A DNA stretch of 57,991 nucleotides, filler included, from Candidatus Hydrogenedentota bacterium (GTDB lineage Bacteria > JBFMHD01), in NCBI GenBank assembly GCA_040752395.1. It is 5 parts of 5 records of this genome, joined end to end, with 100 filler letters (N's around TTAATTAATTAA, not from the genome) between each part and the next. Parts side by side here need not be neighbours in the genome. Positions count along the whole stretch, not along the records: positions 46,703 to 57,991 come from JBFMHD010000080.1; 4 more parts are not named here. One strand, 5' to 3'. Below, in pieces: positions 48,307 to 57,991 of this stretch. The notes beneath the pieces were generated by a model, which was not told where the DNA came from, did no database searches, and was given only the letters and a program-made list of their open reading frames with translations. How positions within the stretch are numbered: position 1 is the stretch's first letter; each line of letters begins with the position of its first letter. Made by a program: the position numbers and the translations under genes.

Positions 48307-48591
48307 ATGCAAGAAATAAAAATTATCTGTCCGTGTTGTAAAACCGAGTTGTATATTGATAAAGAAACAGAAGCGATACTAAAATACGAACAACCAAAGA
48401 AGCCGGGTCCCTCGCTTAAAGAAATGCTGGAATATGAAAAAAAGAAGGTTGATAAACGTCAAGAAATCTTTTCCAAAGAAATGGAAAAACAAAAGAGAAA
48501 AAAGGATATACTTGATAAAAAGTTTAAAAAAGCTTTTTCTGAATTTAAAGACGACGGAAAAAGACCCCAGACGCCGTTTGATTGGGAGTAA
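48307..48591 (+). CDS. hypothetical protein (CPCC zinc-knuckle-like N-terminus, coiled coil)
   Basis: ICPCCKTELYID...PFDWE. Confidence 0.7.
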   Translation: MQEIKIICPCCKTELYIDKETEAILKYEQPKKPGPSLKEMLEYEKKKVDKRQEIFSKEMEKQKRKKDILDKKFKKAFSEFKDDGKRPQTPFDWE

Positions 48592-48597
48592 AAACCA

Positions 48598-48898
48598 GTG
48601 GATTTAAAAATAGAGAATGAAAAAATAATAATAAAAGTTGATGATGCGTTTGACGGTTTGACCGGCAATAATCTTTTCTCTTTAATCGAGAAAACATTAA
48701 AGACTGATAAAAATGTTAAAACGGTTATTTTAGATATGTTAACTTGTAATTATATAAACAGTTCAGGCATCTCTAAACTCATAGAGGTATTTAATCTTTT
48801 AAAAAAAATCGGGTTTAGAATTAAAATTTACCAGTTTGCAACCAGGTGTATTGAAGATATTTAAATTAACATTTATAGATAAACTATTGGGAATTTGA
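48598..48898 (+). pseudogene. STAS-domain anti-sigma-factor antagonist, frameshifted at an A8 tract
   Basis: YINSSGI motif; deleting one A at 48801-48808 gives the tail SGLELKFTSLQPGVLKIFKLTFIDKLLGI ending at 48898. Confidence 0.7.
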
Positions 48899-48902
48899 AA
48901 TT

Positions 48903-50210
48903 ATGAAAAAAAATCTGATTATCACTTTAATTCTATTTATCCCACTAATCTGCATTCTAAGCTGTACTACAACTAACCCTGTCACAGGTGAAAAGCAAGT
49001 TGTTTTACTCTCTGAAGAAGAAGAAAAAAGGCTGGGTGAGGAGCTATACCCAAAATATACTCAACAATTTAATGGCTTATTTCAAGATGATAGACTGCAG
49101 TCTTATGTCACAGAGGTGGGTAGAAAAGTGGCTTCATATTCTCATAGACCCAACCTTAATTATGAATTCAATGTTGTAAATTCTTCAGAAGCTAATGCTT
49201 ATGCGTTACCTGGCGGTAAAATCAGTATAACAAGAGGATTAATATCAAGCCTGGAGAATGAAGCCCAACTTGCTTCTGTTTTCGCACATGAACTAGGTCA
49301 TATCTCTGCCTTACATACTGCCAGAGCATATACACGTAGTGTAATGGCTGAACTTATATTAACAGGCGTTGGAATGTATCTTGAAAAAAAAGATATTAAA
49401 TATAAAAATTACTATATGCTCGGCGGCTATCTCGTAACCGGGTTAGTTCTACTTAAGTATAGCCGGGATGATGAGCGGGAAGCTGATAAACTCGGCATCG
49501 AATACCTTGCTAAAGCAGACTATGACCCGTATCAGTTTGTGAGTGTTATGCAGCTTCTTAAATCGCTTGAAAAACGAAAACCACATAAATTTGAAGTGCT
49601 ATTTCGCAGCCATCCTTTAACTGATGAAAGAATACAAACAGCTCTAACATTATACCAGACTCAGTATAGCCAATATACAGGTGTTAAAAATAATGAAGAG
49701 TTCAAAACAGCGATAGCTAAAATAAAAATTACTGAACCCGCCTATGCTCTATTTGATAAAGGCGTTGAGAGTTTACAAAACAAAAGCATAACAGATGCAC
49801 TGGCCTATTTAAAGGATGCTTCTGGTAAAGCACCTGACCACGCAATAATACGGGCATATTATGGCAGGGCATTATATGAAAGTGGTAGAGATGAGATAGC
49901 ATACAGAGAACTCGAATCAGCATACCTCCTATACCCTGACCAGTTTCACATAAGATTATATAAAGGTATCGCTGATTTCGAGACCGCACGCTTTCTCGAG
50001 GCCATTAAGGATTTAAAAAGAGCTGATGAATTAATACCCGATCAAGCACCTGTTCAGTTTTTTCTTGCTAAGACCTATGAATACATTAATAGAAGAGAAG
50101 AATCAGCTGCATATTATTTAAAATTTTTAAAAATGGTTGATAGTGGTGACTGGGCAGAAGAGGCTAAACAAAAACTCATCTCATGGGGTTATCTACGAAA
50201 AGAAACTTAA
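48903..50210 (+). CDS. M48 metallopeptidase lipoprotein with TPRs (BepA-like)
   Basis: Lipobox ILSC, NAYALPGG, HELGH, YSRDDEREAD, SHP. Confidence 0.92.
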   Translation: MKKNLIITLILFIPLICILSCTTTNPVTGEKQVVLLSEEEEKRLGEELYPKYTQQFNGLFQDDRLQSYVTEVGRKVASYSHRPNLNYEFNVVNSSEANAYALPGGKISITRGLISSLENEAQLASVFAHELGHISALHTARAYTRSVMAELILTGVGMYLEKKDIKYKNYYMLGGYLVTGLVLLKYSRDDEREADKLGIEYLAKADYDPYQFVSVMQLLKSLEKRKPHKFEVLFRSHPLTDERIQTALTLYQTQYSQYTGVKNNEEFKTAIAKIKITEPAYALFDKGVESLQNKSITDALAYLKDASGKAPDHAIIRAYYGRALYESGRDEIAYRELESAYLLYPDQFHIRLYKGIADFETARFLEAIKDLKRADELIPDQAPVQFFLAKTYEYINRREESAAYYLKFLKMVDSGDWAEEAKQKLISWGYLRKET

Positions 50211-50228
50211 TAAAACCGCACAACGAAC

Positions 50229-50522
50229 TTTTTCGAAGGAGTCAACATGAGCGCGTTTGCGCTCTACACTATTGGGTTATTGCGTTTTTGCGCTCTACAC
50301 AAAGCATGAAAAACTAAAGATGATATGAAAAGAGTTGTGAGTCGCAAGTCGTGAGTCAAAACAGGACTCGAGACTCAAGACTTTTCAGCAGGCTCCGGGC
50401 TTTTGTCTCCAGCCGGCTGTAGTCCGTAGCCTGTAGCCCGTCCTGATACCTCTCACTTCTTCCGTTATCTTGCTTCTTGCTTCTACTTGATATTATTATA
50501 GTTACAATGTTTTTCAGAGGAG
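50229..50522. repeat. Family A element, copy A11 (reverse)
   Basis: TTTTTCGAAGGAG...TTTTTCAGAGGAG, all modules present. Confidence 0.9.
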
Positions 50523-50531
50523 GTCTATCTT

Positions 50532-50825
50532 ATGGATACAAAATTACGCTCAATGGTTAAATCTATTGTATGGAGAGTAATCGGTATAATTATCTTAGCT
50601 GTTATAGCTTATGCAACTACAAGCAGTATAAAAGAAATGACCATCATAACTCTTTTATTTCATTCTATCCGTGTTATTTTATATTATATACATGAGAGGG
50701 TCTGGGAACATATAAACTGGGGTCGACTAAAACATCCGCTTGCTGAAATCCCGATTAAAGGTAAACTCTCGCCTGCTGATATGGATATTATCAGGGAAAA
50801 ATTAAAGGAACTTGGCTACCTGTAG
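50532..50825 (+). CDS. DUF2061-like membrane protein
   Basis: RS..KSI.WR, LYYIHERVW..I.WG. Confidence 0.8.
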   Translation: MDTKLRSMVKSIVWRVIGIIILAVIAYATTSSIKEMTIITLLFHSIRVILYYIHERVWEHINWGRLKHPLAEIPIKGKLSPADMDIIREKLKELGYL

Positions 50826-50832
50826 CTAATTA

Positions 50833-51825
50833 ATGAGTATGCCAAAAGCTACAAGAAACAGAACGCTTGTATTATCTGATACCGATAAAATAAAGTATTC
50901 TAATCAGTTGTTAAAGATAAAAGGTAATGTCTCAGTTGCTGAGATACAGAACAAAGTAATTAACCAGGATATTTTTCAGGTTCTTGATTTTTTACCAGAT
51001 GGCTTTGTAGATTTATTATTTATCGATCCACCATATAATATTACTAAAAGTTTCAATACAATTTCTTTTAGAAAGACGTCAATAAATCAATATATGAATT
51101 GGATGGCTACGTGGTTATCAAAAATAATAAGGCTTCTTAAAAAAACAGCCTCAGTCTATATATGTGGTGACTGGCGGTCTTCCACTGCCATTCATTTACT
51201 ATGTGAAAAATATTTTATAGTAAGGAATAGAATCACATTTGAAAGAGAAAAAGGTAGGGGTGCCAAAACCAATTGGAAAAACAATTCTGAGGATATATGG
51301 TTTGCTACTCTCTCTGATGATTATTACTTCGATGCTCCCAGTGTTAAACTAAAAAGAAAAGTAATAGCTCCTTACAAAGAAAATGGTAATCCCAAAGACT
51401 GGTGTGAGTCCAGCGATGGCAGATTTAGATTGACTTATCCCTCAAACATCTGGACAGACCTAACCATCCCATTCTGGTCTATGCCTGAGAACACGCCTCA
51501 CCCAACCCAAAAACCAGAGAAACTACTTGCTAAAATTATTCTGGCAAGTTCAAAGCAAGGCGACATTATATTTGATCCATTTGCAGGGGTAGGCACAACA
51601 GGGGTGGTAGCTAAAAAATTAAATCGAAATTTCGTTATGATAGAGATAGATGAAGAGTACTGTTTATATGCTATAAAAAGGTTAGAATTAGCTGATACAG
51701 ATAATACTATTCAGGGTTATGCTGATAATGTTTTCTTTGAACGAAATATATCTAACCATACGAGTAAAAAAGATAATTCTTTACAATCTATTTTACAACA
51801 AAATATTTTTAATCCTGCTTCTTGA
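50833..51825 (+). CDS. beta-class amino (N6A/N4C) DNA methyltransferase
   Basis: DPPY precedes HPTQKP and DPFAGVGTT. Confidence 0.92.
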   Translation: MSMPKATRNRTLVLSDTDKIKYSNQLLKIKGNVSVAEIQNKVINQDIFQVLDFLPDGFVDLLFIDPPYNITKSFNTISFRKTSINQYMNWMATWLSKIIRLLKKTASVYICGDWRSSTAIHLLCEKYFIVRNRITFEREKGRGAKTNWKNNSEDIWFATLSDDYYFDAPSVKLKRKVIAPYKENGNPKDWCESSDGRFRLTYPSNIWTDLTIPFWSMPENTPHPTQKPEKLLAKIILASSKQGDIIFDPFAGVGTTGVVAKKLNRNFVMIEIDEEYCLYAIKRLELADTDNTIQGYADNVFFERNISNHTSKKDNSLQSILQQNIFNPAS

Positions 51826-51850
51826 CCTCATCTATAACTAATGGATTACC

Positions 51851-52023
51851 GTAATGCCTCAGTTATTGGTGCAGTAGAACTTATACTTTAGAGGCAAGAA
51901 GCAAGAAGCAAGGTAATTGAAAACTGTTGTAGGACCGGAAAAAACTTTGTGCCTTTGTGCCTTTGTGCCTCAAAACGTAGATGGTCTAACATTAACAAAC
52001 TCCACCGAAAACTGAGGGAATAC
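51851..52023 (+). mobile_element. Family B element
   Basis: GTAATGCCTCAG...CTGAGGGAATAC ends; GAAGCAA and TTTGTGCC arrays inside. Confidence 0.75.
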
Positions 52024-52026
52024 CTT

Positions 52027-52065
52027 AATTTACAATTTACAATTTACAATTTACAATTTACAATT
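52027..52065. repeat. AATTTAC heptamer array (5.5 units)
   Basis: Direct reading. Confidence 0.9.
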
Positions 52066-52074
52066 ATATATTAT

Positions 52075-52148
52075 GGGTTGTTAGCTCAGATAGGTAGAGC
52101 AGCGGACTCTTAATCCGCGGGCCACAGGTTCAATTCCTGTACAACCCA
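52075..52148 (+). tRNA. tRNA-Lys(CTT)
   Basis: Acceptor GGGTTGT/ACAACCC, anticodon arm GCGGA-CTCTTAA-TCCGC, GGTTCAATTCC T arm; CCA not encoded. Confidence 0.95.
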
Positions 52149-52326
52149 GAGTGTCGAATTGAAAATTTCACGCCGTTAGATACTATTGGTATCTAATTAT
52201 GATTAGATGTAATTTTGACTTATCTAACGCCGCGAAGATTGGAATTTGTAAATTACCCGCGACTTTTCAACTGGAGCCTGAAGCCCGTAGCCCAAAGGCT
52301 GAATTTACAATGGAGCAAAACGACTG

Positions 52327-52929
52327 ATGATACTTATTGTTAATTATAAAATGGGTAATTTAGGCAATGTAGAAAGAGCTGTTAAAAGATATTGTGATAA
52401 TGTTTTAGTATCTGAAAATCCTCTTGATCTAATGAACGCAAAAAAAATCATTCTACCCGGCGTCGGTGCTTTTGGTAAAGCTATGCGAAACCTTAATGAA
52501 GCTGGATGGATTGAGCCACTTAATAAAGCATTTGATAAAAATATACCGATACTCGGGATCTGCCTTGGATTACAATTATTTTTTACAGAAAGTGAAGAAT
52601 CTCCACAAACAAGAGGTTTAGGCTGGATTAATGATAAAATAATAAGATTTAAAAGGGCAAAAAAGATACCTCATATTGGATGGAATAATGTTAAATGGAG
52701 CTCCGTGAATCTTTTGAATAATAATATTCCTGATGACAAATATTTCTATTTTGTTCATTCTTATTATGCTCCTCTGAGAGAAGATTATACATCAGGGATC
52801 ACTGATTATGAAAACGAAAGATTTACATCAGTCATTAAAAAAGATAATCTATATGCAACACAGTTTCATCCAGAAAAGAGCCATATTAACGGTTTAAAGA
52901 TTATAGAAAATTTCATATTAAAGGTCTGA
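52327..52929 (+). CDS. hisH: imidazole glycerol phosphate synthase, glutaminase subunit
   Basis: LPGVGAF, GICLGLQ, PHIGWN, YFVHSY, QFHPEKS. Confidence 0.96.
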   Translation: MILIVNYKMGNLGNVERAVKRYCDNVLVSENPLDLMNAKKIILPGVGAFGKAMRNLNEAGWIEPLNKAFDKNIPILGICLGLQLFFTESEESPQTRGLGWINDKIIRFKRAKKIPHIGWNNVKWSSVNLLNNNIPDDKYFYFVHSYYAPLREDYTSGITDYENERFTSVIKKDNLYATQFHPEKSHINGLKIIENFILKV

Positions 52930-52932
52930 AAT

Positions 52933-53643
52933 ATGAATATCTGGTTCAAAGCTACTGAATGCCCTGTTTGTAAAATGAAATTTAAATATCCCAGGATTAA
53001 ATCACGGGATATTAAATCAGTAAAACGTGATACTGATTTTATGTATTATTACGAGGGTGTTAATCCCCTCTATTATCAGATAACAGTATGTCCGCAATGT
53101 CTCTATTCTGATAAATATACGTCTTTTGAGAAGTTATCACCATATAAAGCTGAACGTGTCCGAAACGATTATGAGCAACGAAAAAATATTGCAGGTAAAT
53201 ATAATTTTGATGGTATCAGAAATTTTGCCTGTGTCATAAAAAGCTATGAGCTTGCTGCTCTCTGTGGGATATCAAGAAAAGCAAAAAGTGATGAGATAGC
53301 AGGTTTTTATCTGAGAGCCGCCTGGGTAGCCCGTGAACAAGAAAAAACAGAGATCGAACTACACTACTTATCGCTTGCATATCAATTTTACCTCAAAGCT
53401 TACCAGGTAGAATACACAAAGTTTGGTAAACTGGGTGAGGTTGGGTTTATATATTTGATAGGTGAGATAGCAAGAAGATTGAAAAAATATGATGAAGCTT
53501 TGAAGTTCTTTTCAAAAGTTATAGAACATCCTGATATAAAAAAATCTCATGAGATTGAAAGACTGACACGTAATGCCTGGCAGGAAACTAAAGCGCTGAA
53601 ATCTGAAGTAAAAGAGAAAATCGATATAGATAAACTTTTGTAA
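52933..53643 (+). CDS. DUF2225-like zinc/TPR protein
   Basis: CPVC, RDTDF..YY.GVNP.YY...VCPQC, LRAAW..RE, YLIGEI. Confidence 0.8.
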   Translation: MNIWFKATECPVCKMKFKYPRIKSRDIKSVKRDTDFMYYYEGVNPLYYQITVCPQCLYSDKYTSFEKLSPYKAERVRNDYEQRKNIAGKYNFDGIRNFACVIKSYELAALCGISRKAKSDEIAGFYLRAAWVAREQEKTEIELHYLSLAYQFYLKAYQVEYTKFGKLGEVGFIYLIGEIARRLKKYDEALKFFSKVIEHPDIKKSHEIERLTRNAWQETKALKSEVKEKIDIDKLL

Positions 53644-53694
53644 TAATCCGCTAATTATAGTGTTTCTTACTCCTTGCACTGGAGCCTATTTATT

Positions 53695-54423
53695 ATGGAT
53701 ATATTACCAGCAGTAGATATATTAAACGGCAGATGTGTAAGACTTGCTAAAGGAAGATATGCTAAACAGACTATTTATTCAGAAGACCCTCTATCTGTTG
53801 CAAAAAAATGGATTAATAGCGGCGCTTTATGGCTACATATAGTTGACCTTGATGGCGCCAAAACTGGTAAACCCCTTAATATTGATATAATAAAAAAAAT
53901 AATAAGTTATTGTAAAAGCAGAGATATAAAAATTTCTATCGGTGGCGGCATTCGTGATAGCAAAACAATTACCCTCTATAAAAATTTTAAGGTAGATAGA
54001 GTTAATATAGGCACCGCTTTGATAAAAGAGATTAAAGAAAAAGGCAGGATAACTATTTTAAAGAATCTCTCTTTTATTGAAAAGTATCTTGCTTTAGATT
54101 GTAAAAAAGGTGTTATCCGGATAGCGGGCTGGCTTGAAGACACGCAGCTTTCGATAAAAGAAGTTATTGAACTTATCGATTCTTATATCGATGGTTATCT
54201 CGTCACTGCAATTGAAAGAGATGGTATGCTAAAAGGACCTGATATTAAACTTATAAAGCAAGTATCAAAAATAACTGGTAAACCAATAATCGCTGCTGGC
54301 GGTATAAGGTCTATTAAAGATATTTTAAACTTAAAAAGATTAAATATTGCAGGTGTAATTGTAGGGAAGTCGTTATATGAAAATAAAATAGATTTAAAAG
54401 AGGCTATAAATGCTTGCGCCTAG
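53695..54423 (+). CDS. hisA: ProFAR isomerase
   Basis: [35 protein letters not shown] 53695 with GGAG RBS. Confidence 0.93.
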   Translation: MDILPAVDILNGRCVRLAKGRYAKQTIYSEDPLSVAKKWINSGALWLHIVDLDGAKTGKPLNIDIIKKIISYCKSRDIKISIGGGIRDSKTITLYKNFKVDRVNIGTALIKEIKEKGRITILKNLSFIEKYLALDCKKGVIRIAGWLEDTQLSIKEVIELIDSYIDGYLVTAIERDGMLKGPDIKLIKQVSKITGKPIIAAGGIRSIKDILNLKRLNIAGVIVGKSLYENKIDLKEAINACA

Positions 54424-55165
54424 AATAATACCCTGTCTTGATATAGATAAGGGCAGAGTAGTTAAAGGAGTAAGGTTTGTTAATCTTGTTGATGCAGGCG
54501 ACCCTGTAGAACAAGCACTTGTTTATGATAGAGAGGGTGCTGATGAACTTGTTTTTCTTGATATTACAGCTTCGTATGAGAATCGAGAGATACTTCTTGA
54601 AACAGTTTGCAAAGTCGCCTCTGTCTTAACGATACCTTTTACTGTTGGTGGCGGTATAAGAACAGTTGATGATATGCGGAATATTCTCAAGCGCGGTGCT
54701 GATAAAATTTCGATTAATACTGCTGCTGTTAAAAATCACGAGCTAATTAAAGAAGGTGCTAGTGAATTCGGGTCCCAGTGCATAGTTCTTGCTATCGACG
54801 CAAAACAATCAAAAGACAGGTTCGAGGTTTATATAAACGGCGGCCGGACACCTACGGGTATCGATGCTTTAGACTGGGCAAAAAAAGGCGTTGAATCAGG
54901 TGCAGGCGAGATTCTATTAACAAGTATGGACACTGATGGAACTAAAAATGGGTTTGATATAAAATTAACAAGGCTTATATCTTCAAGTGTACCTGTGCCT
55001 GTTATCGCTTCAGGTGGTGGCGGAACAAAGAAGCATTTTTGTTCTGTTTTTACTGAAGGGTTAGCAGATGCTGCACTCGCAGCCTCGATATTTCATTCCC
55101 GTGAACTTACTATAAAAGAGATAAAGGAATATCTTACAAAAAAAGGAATCCCTGTAAGAATTTGA
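54410..55165 (+). CDS. hisF: imidazole glycerol phosphate synthase, cyclase subunit
   Basis: [42 protein letters not shown]. Confidence 0.97.
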   Translation: MLAPRIIPCLDIDKGRVVKGVRFVNLVDAGDPVEQALVYDREGADELVFLDITASYENREILLETVCKVASVLTIPFTVGGGIRTVDDMRNILKRGADKISINTAAVKNHELIKEGASEFGSQCIVLAIDAKQSKDRFEVYINGGRTPTGIDALDWAKKGVESGAGEILLTSMDTDGTKNGFDIKLTRLISSSVPVPVIASGGGGTKKHFCSVFTEGLADAALAASIFHSRELTIKEIKEYLTKKGIPVRI

Positions 55166-55180
55166 ACTCACTTCCATCTG
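55123..55180. repeat. 58-bp direct repeat of 55858-55916
   Basis: 4 substitutions and a 1-bp indel by manual alignment. Confidence 0.92.
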
Positions 55181-55365
55181 CAATTCAGACAATAGACCCC
55201 TAAACATCGGGCATTAGACTTAAAGGAAAGAAATGACCAGAAATTATATAAAAAAGTCTGATGCGCAGGAGAAAGAGCAAGAAAAAAACCAATTGACGAA
55301 ATAGCAGGTTTAATGTTTTACTCCAGTTAAAATAAGATAGTCTGAAACAGGAAAAGATTACCTGA

Positions 55366-55611
55366 ATGGTCTCTATAATGCCAACAATTATAATTGAGGG
55401 TTATAAATTCAGATTTTATTCTTCAGATATAAATGAGCCACCACATTTTCATATTCTCCATGGTGAAAATGAAGCTAAAATCTGGCTACAGCCTGTGGTT
55501 GTGGAATATAATCATGGCTATAATCCAACTGAACTAAATCACATATTAAAATTGACACGCCAAAATCAGTATAAATTATTGGAGGTGTGGAATGGTTATT
55601 TTAGCAAGTAA
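55366..55611 (+). CDS. DUF4160-family protein (putative TA component)
   Basis: MPTI...G..F.FYS...EPPH.H...E.EAKIWL; start may be 55378. Confidence 0.85.
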   Translation: MVSIMPTIIIEGYKFRFYSSDINEPPHFHILHGENEAKIWLQPVVVEYNHGYNPTELNHILKLTRQNQYKLLEVWNGYFSK

Positions 55612-55858
55612 AATTACAGAACAGGTTAAAGCAACTGATGTGTATTTTGTCGACAATATACTTTGCGTTTCCCTTAATGACGGTCGAGAGATCAGGGTTG
55701 CAATAGACAAAGTTGAGTGGTTAAAGTGGTTAGAAAAAGCCACGCTAGAACAGAAAACTAAATGGTCTATTGAACCAGGAGGGTTTGCTGTGTATTGGGA
55801 TGAATTAGATGATGGTATTGAAATATGTCACTTATTGGAAACGCGTTCAATAGTCTAA
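55592..55858 (+). CDS. DUF2442-family protein (putative TA component)
   Basis: L.DGR.I, L..AT.EQ, G..V.W.ELD. Confidence 0.85.
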   Translation: MVILASKITEQVKATDVYFVDNILCVSLNDGREIRVAIDKVEWLKWLEKATLEQKTKWSIEPGGFAVYWDELDDGIEICHLLETRSIV

Positions 55859-55903
55859 AAGGAATATCTTACAAAAAAAAGGTATCTCTGTGAGAATTTG
55901 AAC

Positions 55904-56956
55904 TCACCTCCATCTGATATATCCCATACGTTTAGTTCCGCGATACCAGTACCCCCATCGAGCACGTTTCGTACCACGAGCATCTATATGCACAAAATGT
56001 GATACAGTATATTTACCCTTGCCAATCGGTGTCCGGTATTCGTAAACACCAACGCCACCAACCGGCATCAGCCCCTTCTCTTCTAAATAATCGCATGCTT
56101 TTGCTAAAAGAATAGCGTCACCAATGTCCTGTTTACCGTTATTGTTCACGTCATCAAAAATGCCGTCCCTTGGATTAGCATCAACAATAATGTCAACAGC
56201 TAAACCATAAATATGATAGCTTTCTTTTACTGATTCAGGTATAGCGTCGTTGTATATCGGTGTCCGATAGCCGCTCTTTACGCGAATACCCTTGCAGTTA
56301 AATTGTGGATGATTTGAAAGAGCCCGGATAAGTGATTCTATCTTAAAAACTATCGGGTATTGAATTACCACATACTTCGGAAAATAATTTTTCTGTTCAA
56401 GCGTAAGTGAACCTGATACGAAATCGCTAAACCGAAGATTACTTGAAATCGGCACATCAAGCAGTTCAGTAGTAATCTCTATAAATCGAGTGGGTGTTTT
56501 AAGTCTGTCTGGATAATTACCCATAATATAGCCATTAATCTTACCATCTTTTATTTTTATTTTTTTAGGAACGACTAAAATGATTCGTGCAAGCGGACTA
56601 TAAACAGAACCATATATAATAGAATAAGTGCCACCAGTATCAGGTGCGAGCAAATAAATACAGGTCGAGTCACTACGAAGTACTTTTGCATTATTTTGTA
56701 TAAAGTTTTCTTGCAAAGCAAAACTCATATTTGCTCGGTCAGTTATCTTGCTTTCATCGAGTAAAGAGAGATAGAATGGTTTAGAGGGAGCGGCAATAAT
56801 CGCCATCCCGGATGATACGACAGTCTCATAATGTTTTGCGTTATATGCGTCTTCAAAAATTACTCTAAAAAGAAGTGATTGAGCTATAATATTAGACCTG
56901 ATGCTTAAAATAAAAATAACATATAAAAAAGTCCTTAAAAAATTACTACTCAACAT
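55904..56956 (-). CDS. exported peptidase M15A/YcbK-like protein
   Basis: SGYRTP.YN, S.H.YG.A.D, GGVG.Y, FVHIDARG..ARW; ATG 56956 avoids overlap with the divergent GT9. Confidence 0.8.
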   Translation of the reverse strand: MLSSNFLRTFLYVIFILSIRSNIIAQSLLFRVIFEDAYNAKHYETVVSSGMAIIAAPSKPFYLSLLDESKITDRANMSFALQENFIQNNAKVLRSDSTCIYLLAPDTGGTYSIIYGSVYSPLARIILVVPKKIKIKDGKINGYIMGNYPDRLKTPTRFIEITTELLDVPISSNLRFSDFVSGSLTLEQKNYFPKYVVIQYPIVFKIESLIRALSNHPQFNCKGIRVKSGYRTPIYNDAIPESVKESYHIYGLAVDIIVDANPRDGIFDDVNNNGKQDIGDAILLAKACDYLEEKGLMPVGGVGVYEYRTPIGKGKYTVSHFVHIDARGTKRARWGYWYRGTKRMGYIRWR

Positions 56957-57014
56957 ATAATAAAAAATATATAATAATTCTTTTATAGAGGTCAACATAG
57001 AAGACAGGAGACAT

Positions 57015-57991
57015 ATGAAAACGCTTTTTATCCAGCTTCGAAGAATTGGTGATGTATTAATGACCACACCTGCTATTCGAGCTTTTAAAAAAAAATATCC
57101 TGATTCTGAACTTCATTATCTTACAGAAATACCAGCTGATGAATTATTAATGAATAATCCTTATATCGATAAAATAATAAAATATAACCCTTATTATAAC
57201 AGATTTAAGAATCTAATAAAAGAGATACAAAAAAATAAGTATGATGTGGTTATTGATTTTTTCGGTAACCCTCGAAGCTCATGGCTTGCCTTTTTATCTA
57301 CTGCTAAAAAAAGGATAGGATTCGATTATAGACTGAGAAAATTAGCTTATACACATAGATTAAAATTAAAAAATATCCACAGGGTCTATTCTGCAGGTAT
57401 AAAACTTCATCTGCTTGAGTTCCTTGACATATGCGATGATGACATAGGTATAGAAATTTATTTAAATAATAAAGAACTTGATAGGGCTAAAAATTGGCTT
57501 ACAAACCATAATATTGCCGAACAGGAATTCTGCGTTATCTCACCTGTAAGTCGAAAAGATTACAAGAGATGGCAATTAGAAAAGTATGGTGAAATAATAA
57601 AATATCTTATTTCTAAAAACCTGAAAACCGTCATAATTTACGGTCCATCTGAAATTTATGAAGCGCTCTCAGTCAATGGGTATAGTAACGATAAAGCAGT
57701 CCTGATAGATGATGGAATGAGTTTAAGAGAGGTTGCTTCTATAATAAAGTTTGCAAGGTTCTATTTGGGAAATGATAACGTACATAAGCATATAGCAAGA
57801 GCTGTTGGTATCCCAACGTTTACTATTTTTGGTCCTGTTGGTGCTTTATCCTGGACCGACCCTGTCTTCCCTATACAGTATTATTTTGAAAAATATATAA
57901 AGTGTCGTAAGAAATGTAATATTAACAAATGTAAAGATTATAAATGCATTAAAGAAGTTGAAGTAGCTGAAGTAATACAAAGACTCGAGAT
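57015..57991 (+). CDS. glycosyltransferase family 9 (heptosyltransferase-like); runs off the window and is absent from the ORF track
   Basis: MKTLFIQLRRIGDVLMTTP, KRW, GNDN..KHIA.A.G.PTFTIFGP. Confidence 0.9.
   Translation, partial: MKTLFIQLRRIGDVLMTTPAIRAFKKKYPDSELHYLTEIPADELLMNNPYIDKIIKYNPYYNRFKNLIKEIQKNKYDVVIDFFGNPRSSWLAFLSTAKKRIGFDYRLRKLAYTHRLKLKNIHRVYSAGIKLHLLEFLDICDDDIGIEIYLNNKELDRAKNWLTNHNIAEQEFCVISPVSRKDYKRWQLEKYGEIIKYLISKNLKTVIIYGPSEIYEALSVNGYSNDKAVLIDDGMSLREVASIIKFARFYLGNDNVHKHIARAVGIPTFTIFGPVGALSWTDPVFPIQYYFEKYIKCRKKCNINKCKDYKCIKEVEVAEVIQRLE

Noticed and set aside
52075-52148. Integrative island at tRNA-Lys
   Set aside because: No integrase and no duplicated tRNA end seen in this contig; his genes follow directly.
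56957-57067. N-terminal extension of ORF 55904-57067
   Set aside because: It overlaps the divergent GT9 gene starting at 57015; ATG 56956 gives a signal-like start.

Overview
AT-rich bacterial sequence, probably a diderm (lptFG, GT9). It consists of five unrelated contigs joined by artificial 100-bp N44-TTAATTAATTAA-N44 linkers (11764-11863, 23394-23493, 35010-35109, 46603-46702), so adjacency across a linker means nothing. Housekeeping content: pyrC-pyrK-pyrD, livKHMGF, hppA, sdhA-C-D-B, lptFG, obgE, hisH/hisA/hisF, tRNA-Lys(CTT), several glycosyltransferases, four O-antigen-ligase/TPR paralogues and a Fur-led putative Fe-S/metal-cofactor operon. Two things stand out. (1) Three unrelated toxin-antitoxin pairs (MNT-HEPN, RHH-PIN, DUF4160-DUF2442) each sit between 58-100 bp direct duplications of the 3' end of a host gene, with no integrase or transposase in view. 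In each case the last TA gene stops at or inside the duplicate. (2) There is a dense set of non-autonomous repeat elements. Family A has about 11 copies built from 7/8-mer arrays, and its GAGGAG end sits 5-10 nt before a start codon in 7 of 10 copies. Family B (GTAATCCCTCAG ends) has inserted in frame into two ORFs. Nested MITEs and REP-like hairpins are also present. All calls come from reading the sequence and recalled family motifs; no searches were run.
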